A stretch of 64,000 nucleotides of DNA. Origin: an uncultured Candidatus Saccharibacteria bacterium (GTDB lineage Bacteria > Patescibacteriota > Minisyncoccia > Phycocordibacterales > UBA2100). Under the pieces are notes generated by a model, which searched no databases, had not been told where the DNA came from, and was given only the letters and a program-made list of their open reading frames with translations. Of the stretch, positions 57,546-64,000 are shown piece after piece. The position numbers were made by a program, and so were the translations under genes. Numbering within the stretch: the stretch's first letter is position 1; every line of letters begins with the position of its first letter. The DNA lies in NCBI GenBank assembly GCA_964586255.1, contig CAZPGE010000001.1, positions 64,750-128,749 on the forward strand, in the 5' to 3' direction.

Positions 57546-58086
57546 CTTCGGTACACCGCGCGCTGAGAGGCAGCCGAGCCCTGAGAGCGGCGGTCTTGAG
57601 GTTGTGGAACTTACCCCGAATGATTGGCAGGAGCTTCGCGAGCTGCGCATACAGGCGCTCAAAAATGCGCCGCGGGCTTTTGGACAGACCCTAGAAGAGG
57701 CGCGCTCGCTTGGTGAGAGCGAATGGAAGCAGCGTTTTAACACAGGACGCTACTTCTGCGTGCGTGAGGGCGGCAAGCTTGTCGGTATGCTCTGTACAGT
57801 GCGTGAACGGGGCGAGAAAGTACAGCACGTACTCAACGTCTATAGCGTGTACGTAGCACCCGAGGCACGAGGCCGCGGCGTGGCACGTGCGATGTTCGAC
57901 AAGGTCATGAGCGAGTACATGGATGGATCTACACGAAAGATTAGACTTCGAGTCGCTTCCGACAACGAAGAAGCACGAGGACTGTATGAAAGCATTGGTT
58001 TTGAGCAAGTAGGGTTTCTGAAAGATGAATTACATGTCGACGGTGAGTATGTCGACGAGATTGTGATGGAGAAGTTTTTGGGCTAA
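57526..58086 (+). CDS. GNAT family N-acetyltransferase
   Basis: Acetyl-CoA binding motif VAPEARGRGVARAMF and the GNAT fold pattern. Confidence 0.7.
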   Translation: MKFLGNNFGTPRAERQPSPESGGLEVVELTPNDWQELRELRIQALKNAPRAFGQTLEEARSLGESEWKQRFNTGRYFCVREGGKLVGMLCTVRERGEKVQHVLNVYSVYVAPEARGRGVARAMFDKVMSEYMDGSTRKIRLRVASDNEEARGLYESIGFEQVGFLKDELHVDGEYVDEIVMEKFLG

Positions 58087-58104
58087 CGATTCTAAATCAC
58101 GTAT

Positions 58105-58599
58105 ATGCACACCATTCGCCGTTTTGGAACGTGGCTTTCGCTCACACTTATATGGCTCGCGAGCGCTTCTCGGTACTGGCTCACCGTCTCAAACGAAAGA
58201 ATTCGCGGAGCGCGCATAATCATCATCGATGACAGGCGCGTGCTCCTTGTCTCTCATTGGTATGCGCCGTGGGCGTGGACACTGCCGGGTGGTGGCGTTA
58301 ACAAAAATGAATCGCCGGAAGACGCGGCGATGCGTGAAGCGTTTGAAGAGACTGGCCTCAAGGTGCGCTCTCTTGGCGGTGAGATTGGACAGTATCAAGG
58401 CACCTGGGGTCGCCACGACCTCATCGCCGTGTACTGGTCGGGCGATTTCGAAGGCTCACTCGCCCTCAAGCCAAATCTGGAAATCATGGCACGCAGCTGG
58501 TTCGACATCGATAATCTTCCGGAAGAAATATCTCCCGCAAATCGCCGCCGCATCGAAGCGTATCGGGATGGAAAGAGGGAAGAGAGGGGGAAGTGGTAA
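58105..58599 (+). CDS. NUDIX hydrolase
   Basis: Nudix box GGGVNKNESPEDAAMREAFEETGL. Confidence 0.8.
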   Translation: MHTIRRFGTWLSLTLIWLASASRYWLTVSNERIRGARIIIIDDRRVLLVSHWYAPWAWTLPGGGVNKNESPEDAAMREAFEETGLKVRSLGGEIGQYQGTWGRHDLIAVYWSGDFEGSLALKPNLEIMARSWFDIDNLPEEISPANRRRIEAYRDGKREERGKW

Positions 58600-59099
58600 T
58601 ACCCTACAGTATCGATTTTGTATCCCACGACTCCCCCGGTCATAAAAGGGGAGAGTGCTCCCGCTTGGAAATATTTCTCGCAAAATTTGCATACGTATAT
58701 TTCGATACAGAAAACTTTCTAAAGAAATAAAGTGAGGGAGGGGTCTTGACAGGGGATGATGGAGTCGTGGTGTGGTGTGGATAACTTCTTCATCATTGCC
58801 CAGGCTACCATGTCGCACAATATATCTTTTGCGACGTATATACGTAGGCACAAAGGTAAAGCTGGCCCGTATTCCTGCCCGCGCTGAGCGCTCTGCTTGA
58901 TTGGTCTGGTATATTCCCGACCGCTTGTACGCCTCGAATATCGAGTACCCCGATTTCCGACCAAGACAATTCCCCAGAGCTCTTATACGGCTTTTTCAGC
59001 GGTTCTTTGACCAGGCCCTAGGCTCTTTATGACCCTCCAGTCCCCCGCCGTTTTTTTGATTTTTTCGGGGGAGTCGCAGGTCAAAATATTATGTGTGTT

Positions 59100-59471
59100 T
59101 TATCCATCGCAGGCACACCCGGGCGCTTTATGACAGGTATAACTTCTTGATATGCACGAATTACCGCACACCTTCCCTTTTGAGCAAATCTTGCAGCAGT
59201 AAGCACTCGGCTCTGGTGAATAAGACGACTGGCTGTAATAAGACGATTGCGCATAATATGACGCCTGATTGTAGTAGGCGCTTTCAACGTAATACGAAGA
59301 TTGAGTGTAGGTCGGTGCGAGTGGCTTTTGTATCGGCTGAACGAGCTGTTGTGCCGTCTGTGTCTGAGGTGGTAGCGGCAGCGCTACGGGCGTCGCCTTG
59401 GGTGCGGGTGTGTCATTCCCGCCCGTGAGGAAGACCAATACGACTACGAGCCAGCCCAATGAAGCAAACAT
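59100..59471 (-). CDS. small secreted Ser/Tyr-rich protein with C-terminal cysteine-rich motif (hypothetical)
   Basis: N-terminal TM or signal segment, YY/SSYY repeats, and a C-terminus CCKICSKGKVCGNSCISRSYTCHKAPGCACDG with 9 Cys. Confidence 0.5.
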   Translation of the reverse strand: MFASLGWLVVVLVFLTGGNDTPAPKATPVALPLPPQTQTAQQLVQPIQKPLAPTYTQSSYYVESAYYNQASYYAQSSYYSQSSYSPEPSAYCCKICSKGKVCGNSCISRSYTCHKAPGCACDG

Positions 59472-59549
59472 GGCGGCAGTATGGACCTCGCGTAACTGAT
59501 GTCAATTTGTTCACATTTCCTATGGTCTCATGGAGGCTATAATCCCCAT

Positions 59550-60200
59550 ATGACTTTCCAAATGCGGCTGGCGAGGGTGCTGACTCCCAAAGAGGCAAAG
59601 CTGTTCAAGAAGCTCAATACTCCGCAAAAGATTCAGGGGTACCTGGATACCTTGCCGATAAATTTTGAGACCAAAGGGGAGACGTATATGTCCCCTCGTC
59701 GGATGGTTGCGGCCAAGACAGCACACTGCTTTGAGGGTGCGCTTTTTGCAGCGGCCGTACTCGCCTACCACGGGCAAGAGCCGCTTCTCCTCGATATTCG
59801 TACGATTCCAAAAGACGAAGACCATGTGGTGACACTTTTTAAGCAGGAAGGGCGCTGGGGAGCGCTGAGCAAGACGAATCACGCGATACTCCGCTACCGC
59901 GACCCCGTGTACGAGTCACCGCGCGAGCTTGCGATGTCGTATTTCCACGAATATCTGATGAACGACGGCAAGAAATCTATGCGTGCGTATTCCGCACCAT
60001 ACGACCTCTCGAAGTTTGCGCCGGAAAAATGGGTAACTGAGGAAGAGGATTTGATATGGCTTGTAAACGCGCTCGACGACAGTCGTCACTTCCCTATCGC
60101 ACCAAAGAAAAATATTCGCCTCTTGCGCACTGCGTCAAAAGTAGAATTGCGCGCGCTGCAGACGACCGAGTGGCCGGAGCCGCGCAAAAGAAAAGCCTAG
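59550..60200 (+). CDS. hypothetical protein (possible transglutaminase-like Cys/His fold)
   Basis: GGAGG RBS. AHCFEGALFAAAVLAYHG resembles a transglutaminase-like catalytic Cys region. This is weak. Confidence 0.45.
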   Translation: MTFQMRLARVLTPKEAKLFKKLNTPQKIQGYLDTLPINFETKGETYMSPRRMVAAKTAHCFEGALFAAAVLAYHGQEPLLLDIRTIPKDEDHVVTLFKQEGRWGALSKTNHAILRYRDPVYESPRELAMSYFHEYLMNDGKKSMRAYSAPYDLSKFAPEKWVTEEEDLIWLVNALDDSRHFPIAPKKNIRLLRTASKVELRALQTTEWPEPRKRKA

Positions 60201-61450
60201 AGATAATCGAGCGGATTGAGGTACGCGTTGGTCGGCGCGAGAGGCACGCTCACTGAGGTGCCTGATTTGCATTTGTACGACTTGAATGAGAGCGCATCGG
60301 AGAGATAAACGGTGAAGTGGAGGTGTGGGCCGGTAGCGTAGCCTGTATCGCCCGCATAGCCCACCACAGAGCCCGTGGCGACCGTCTGGCCCTTTGCCAC
60401 GAGTATGTCAGAGAGGTGCGCGTAGAGCGTCGCGAGGCCGTTGCCATGCTTTATCAGGACCCACTTACCGTACTGGCAGTTGCGCACCGCGCCATGATTG
60501 ACCTCCAGCACGGTACCCGTCAGCGACGCGCGCACTGGCGTGCCGATGGATGCACGCAGGTCGATACCGTCGTGTGTGCCGGATTTATAGAGTCGGCCCG
60601 ACGAGGAGGTTTTTCCAAACTGCTGAGTCACAAACACGTTGTCGAGCGGCCAGCGGAGTACGCCCTTGCCCGCTGAAGGCACTTTCGATGGATCGAGCGT
60701 ATATTCGAGCTTCGATGCGAGCTCGAAGAGCGCTGCTTCAAACTGCACTTTCTCTGCTTGTTTTTGTGAAATGATTTTCTGATACGCGGACTCTTGCGAT
60801 TTTGTCTGCGCGAGAAGTTCGTTTTGCGCCTTGCGCGTCGCATCAAGCGAGCCCTGCTGTGTGGTGAGCTGCCGCTGCTGAGTCACGAGCTGTGCACGCT
60901 TTTCCTCGGCTTGTGTCTTGGTATCGGTGAGGACCTGCTTCGTCTCCGCAAGGCTCTTGATATCGCTGCGTACAGCGTCTTGGATGACCGCAATTGCGTC
61001 GATATCCTGCCAGGCGTCGGTGAGGTCGGATGCGTTGAGTATGGATATCGCGAGCGACCTTTTATCCGTGTCGTAGAGTGAGCGCAGCGACTCGGCGAGT
61101 CCTGCGCGATTGTTGTCTATTGAGCCTTGAGCCGCGTCGATACCGTTCGAAAGCTGCTGGATTTGCTTCTGCGTCGTACCGATTTGATTTTTTGTAAGTG
61201 TAATCTGTGCGGTCAGCTTTTTCCTTTGCAGGTCGAGCTCACCCAGCCTGCTCTGAAGTGTTTGCTTTTGTTGCGAGGTCGCTTTGAGCTGTGTCTCGTA
61301 CTGAGCGATTTCCTTGTTGAGTGCTTCTATTTGAGAATTGTTGGCGTCGATTTGCTGTTGCAACTCATCTGCAGATTGCCCGGAGGATATCGCTGGGAAT
61401 ACGACAAGAGCCGCGAGCATTATGGAGCATGTCAGCGCGAAGAGCCTCAT
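60197..61450 (-). CDS. M23 family peptidoglycan DD-metalloendopeptidase with N-terminal coiled coil (EnvC-like)
   Basis: Signal peptide, a long Q-rich coiled coil, and a C-terminal M23 domain with HDGIDL...GDTGYATGPHLHF. Confidence 0.8.
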   Translation of the reverse strand: MRLFALTCSIMLAALVVFPAISSGQSADELQQQIDANNSQIEALNKEIAQYETQLKATSQQKQTLQSRLGELDLQRKKLTAQITLTKNQIGTTQKQIQQLSNGIDAAQGSIDNNRAGLAESLRSLYDTDKRSLAISILNASDLTDAWQDIDAIAVIQDAVRSDIKSLAETKQVLTDTKTQAEEKRAQLVTQQRQLTTQQGSLDATRKAQNELLAQTKSQESAYQKIISQKQAEKVQFEAALFELASKLEYTLDPSKVPSAGKGVLRWPLDNVFVTQQFGKTSSSGRLYKSGTHDGIDLRASIGTPVRASLTGTVLEVNHGAVRNCQYGKWVLIKHGNGLATLYAHLSDILVAKGQTVATGSVVGYAGDTGYATGPHLHFTVYLSDALSFKSYKCKSGTSVSVPLAPTNAYLNPLDYL

Positions 61451-62796
61451 GATGTCAGTATTCGCTTGGCCTCAGTGATACGCGCAAGTGTGCGCTCTTT
61501 CCCTATCGCGGAGGCAATCATAAAAGGATCAGGGGACTTTGCTTTGCCCGAAAGGGCATAGCGCATTGGCCACAAGACCTGCCCTCTCCCCTCTTGCGTT
61601 GCGTAGTCCCACACCACATCTTTGAGACGCTCAGGTGAAGAAAATATTTCAGCGTCAGTATTGCCCAGCATCTCATGAAGCTTCTCTAGGTGTGCGACAG
61701 CAGTCGCTGCGTCGCTTCCCTTGCCGGGAAGCTCTTCTTTTACGGGCACTGGATCAGAGAAAAAGAAGTCGAGCTCACCATCGGCGCACATTTGGTCGAT
61801 ATCCGCCCACGTGCTTATGCGCTCTTTTATATTGAGCAGTATTTTGTGTCCCATTTCTTCGTCGTACGTGAGGCCCTTAACCGCAAGCGCCTTCCGAAGC
61901 CTTTCAAGTGCTTCGCTTGCGAATTCACTGTCCGGCAAGCGCAGCAAGTATTCGCGGTTGTACCAGCGGAGCTTTTCCACATCGAATACGGCGCCGCTTT
62001 TGTGCAAGTCAGTGAGCTCGAATTCCGCGACCATTTCATCGAGCGAAAGTATCTCTTTGCCCGACGGCGGTGTCCAGCCAAGTATCGCGATGTAGTTGAG
62101 CAGCGCTTCTGAGAGGAAGCCCTTTTCGCGGTAACTCTTTACAGATACATCGCCTGTGCGTTTTGAGAGCTTGGATTTGTCCGCACCGAGGTGAAGCGGA
62201 TAGTGCGCATAGACAGGTCGCGCATACCCAAGCGCTTCTTGAATGAGTATTTGGCGAGGTGTATTGGAGATGTGGTCCTCTCCGCGTATGACATGCGTGA
62301 TGCCCTGCGTGGCATCATCGACTACGACAGCCAGATGGTAGAGCGGGTCGTCTATGGCGCGGCCAATAGCGAAATCACCGAGCTCGGTGGTATCAAAGGT
62401 GATGTCACCGCGAATCACATCAGTAAAGGTGACCGATGTGCCGGGGTTGCGAAGACGCACCACCTGGACCATGGTGCCCGGCTCTTTCTTGCTCTCTTCT
62501 TCTGAAATGTATGCCTTATCTTGGTCGACGAGCTTTTGCATGGCGGCTGTGTGGTTGGCCACAAGTTCGCTAGAGCGAGAGAAATCGTCCCAGGAAAGTC
62601 CCAGCCAGGTGAGCTGGTCTTTGATGTCGTCTTCAAACTCGCGAGTGCTCCTCGCCTTGTCGGTGTCTTCGCTGCGAAAATATATCGTGCCACCATGCTT
62701 CTTTGCGTATAGATAGTTCAGTACCGCCATACGTGCGGTGCCTACGTGACAGTAGCCCGTCGGGCTTGGTGGAAATCGGACTTTTACGTTGCTCAT
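61447..62796 (-). CDS. gltX: glutamate--tRNA ligase
   Basis: PSPTGYCHVGTAR (HIGH motif) and KLSKR are present. Confidence 0.9.
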   Translation of the reverse strand: MSNVKVRFPPSPTGYCHVGTARMAVLNYLYAKKHGGTIYFRSEDTDKARSTREFEDDIKDQLTWLGLSWDDFSRSSELVANHTAAMQKLVDQDKAYISEEESKKEPGTMVQVVRLRNPGTSVTFTDVIRGDITFDTTELGDFAIGRAIDDPLYHLAVVVDDATQGITHVIRGEDHISNTPRQILIQEALGYARPVYAHYPLHLGADKSKLSKRTGDVSVKSYREKGFLSEALLNYIAILGWTPPSGKEILSLDEMVAEFELTDLHKSGAVFDVEKLRWYNREYLLRLPDSEFASEALERLRKALAVKGLTYDEEMGHKILLNIKERISTWADIDQMCADGELDFFFSDPVPVKEELPGKGSDAATAVAHLEKLHEMLGNTDAEIFSSPERLKDVVWDYATQEGRGQVLWPMRYALSGKAKSPDPFMIASAIGKERTLARITEAKRILTS

Positions 62797-63935
62797 ATAG
62801 GTTCGTGTTCCAGCGCCATTTCTACAAGCATCAGGCCGATTTTACGCGCTGCGTCCGGTCGCGCGTAAGCTTGTGCGGCTCCGCGCATAGTACTCATGCG
62901 GGCTTCATCGCTGACGATGCGATTAATCTCTGCGACGAGGATATGTGGTGAAAGATTACGTTGCTCGACGACGATGGCGGCGCCTGCGCGCGCATACGAA
63001 AAAGCATTCTCAGTCTGATCGTGGGAGACGTCTTCCGGAATAGGAACCAAAATGGCGGGTATATTCCAGCTTGCGATTTCAAATATCGTACCGCTTCCCG
63101 CTCGCGCTACGACGAGAGATGAAATACCAGCAGCCATACGAAGCGCGAGTGTGTTGAGGAGCCCAAAGACTCGGTATCTATTGTCGTGTGGCGAGTCTTT
63201 GAGAATAAGTTTTGCCACATTTTTCGCTTCTTCATAGTTGGCAGTGCCGGACTGATGGATGACGTTGTATGTGTTGACGAGCTCCGGCAAGGCGTCGATA
63301 ACAACTTCGTTTATCGCTTTTGCTCCTTGTGATCCACCCATGATCATAATTGTTGGTACGGTAGGATCGAGCTTAAGAAATTCATGGCCTCCCTCCTTGG
63401 CCGGCGACTGGATTTCTTTGCGGATGGGGTATCCAGTGCGAGCGATTCGGTCACGAATCTTCTCTGGAAAGAAATTTGCGGCTTCCACGTGTGCAAGTGC
63501 GATTTTCTTTGCAAACTTCGCAGACCAGAGTGAGACTCGGCCAGGTGTCGCGTCTGCGTCAAAAATGACGACGGGGATTTGAAGCATTCGAGCAGCTGCC
63601 AGCGTCGGGAAGGCAGCAAAGCCGCCCGATGAAAAGATGACGTCGGGGTAGAGTCGATACAGCAGGAAGGTGGAGCGTATGATGCCGACGGCCGACTTGA
63701 AAAAATCGAGGATGTTGAGAGCGCTTGTGTAGCGACGCAGCTTTCCTGCGGGCGATGGGTGGTAGACGATATCGTGCTCTTGAAGCGCTACGGGATCAAA
63801 TGGAGGCGGCCCAATATAGATAAGCTCAGGCTCTATGAGTGTGCGCTCTATGGAGATGTCTTGGACAGCTTGTGATACGGCAATAAGCGGATAGAAATGT
63901 CCGCCCGTGCCACCTCCTGCGAGAACAATACGCAT
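62793..63935 (-). CDS. murG: undecaprenyldiphospho-muramoylpentapeptide beta-N-acetylglucosaminyltransferase
   Basis: MRIVLAGGGTGGHFYP N-terminus and the MurG GT-B fold. Confidence 0.85.
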   Translation of the reverse strand: MRIVLAGGGTGGHFYPLIAVSQAVQDISIERTLIEPELIYIGPPPFDPVALQEHDIVYHPSPAGKLRRYTSALNILDFFKSAVGIIRSTFLLYRLYPDVIFSSGGFAAFPTLAAARMLQIPVVIFDADATPGRVSLWSAKFAKKIALAHVEAANFFPEKIRDRIARTGYPIRKEIQSPAKEGGHEFLKLDPTVPTIMIMGGSQGAKAINEVVIDALPELVNTYNVIHQSGTANYEEAKNVAKLILKDSPHDNRYRVFGLLNTLALRMAAGISSLVVARAGSGTIFEIASWNIPAILVPIPEDVSHDQTENAFSYARAGAAIVVEQRNLSPHILVAEINRIVSDEARMSTMRGAAQAYARPDAARKIGLMLVEMALEHEPI

Positions 63936-64000
63936 ATCGGCCTATTGTATCGTCCAAAAGGTCATCATCAAACCTTAGGCGCGTGTATGGCGGCGGGAAA

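Overview
High-GC (~57%) bacterial chromosomal window, densely packed with housekeeping genes. Several domain architectures are reduced: a short HolB-like clamp-loader subunit, a ProRS with no INS editing domain, an ATP synthase epsilon subunit of only the N-terminal domain, and small Fmt and MreD. This suggests a small-genome lineage, possibly Patescibacteria/CPR-like, but that is an inference.

Recognisable content, in order:
- a 5'-partial PP-loop ATPase
- a tRNA-Asn(GUU) whose anticodon loop is split by a 576-bp insertion encoding an HNH endonuclease (group I intron-like)
- hpf, a convergent def-fmt pair, and a lone mreB
- frr-rseP, then proS fused in an operon with a second mreB, mreC, mreD, PBP2 and greA
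- a tRNA island (Ala-CGC, Val-CAC, Pro-CGG, Pro-GGG) followed by prs
- tRNA-Arg(CCG) and tRNA-Ala(GGC), each with nearby duplicated copies of its own 3' end
- guaA, then a partial dcw cluster (mraZ with upstream GTGGG operator repeats, rsmH, ftsL, ftsI, murF)
- an ArsR-family gene bracketed by 23-bp direct repeats, tRNA-Glu(CTC) and a run of small membrane-protein genes
- ahcY, then a complete F1Fo ATP synthase operon with rdgB and a NUDIX hydrolase inserted between atpG and atpD
- a secreted protein with VSTGG tandem repeats, and ychF
- an 1134-aa LeuS carrying two inserted enzymatic domains (a YdeN/RBBP9-like alpha/beta serine hydrolase and a NUDIX domain)
- a convergent cysS, a CPA2 antiporter, ctpA, rplI and rpmA, a DEDDh exonuclease, a GNAT and another NUDIX
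- an M23 peptidase-gltX-murG block on the minus strand

No rRNA, CRISPR array, transposase or integrase was found. The most unusual features are the intron-containing tRNA-Asn, the chimeric LeuS and the NUDIX/RdgB insertion in the atp operon.
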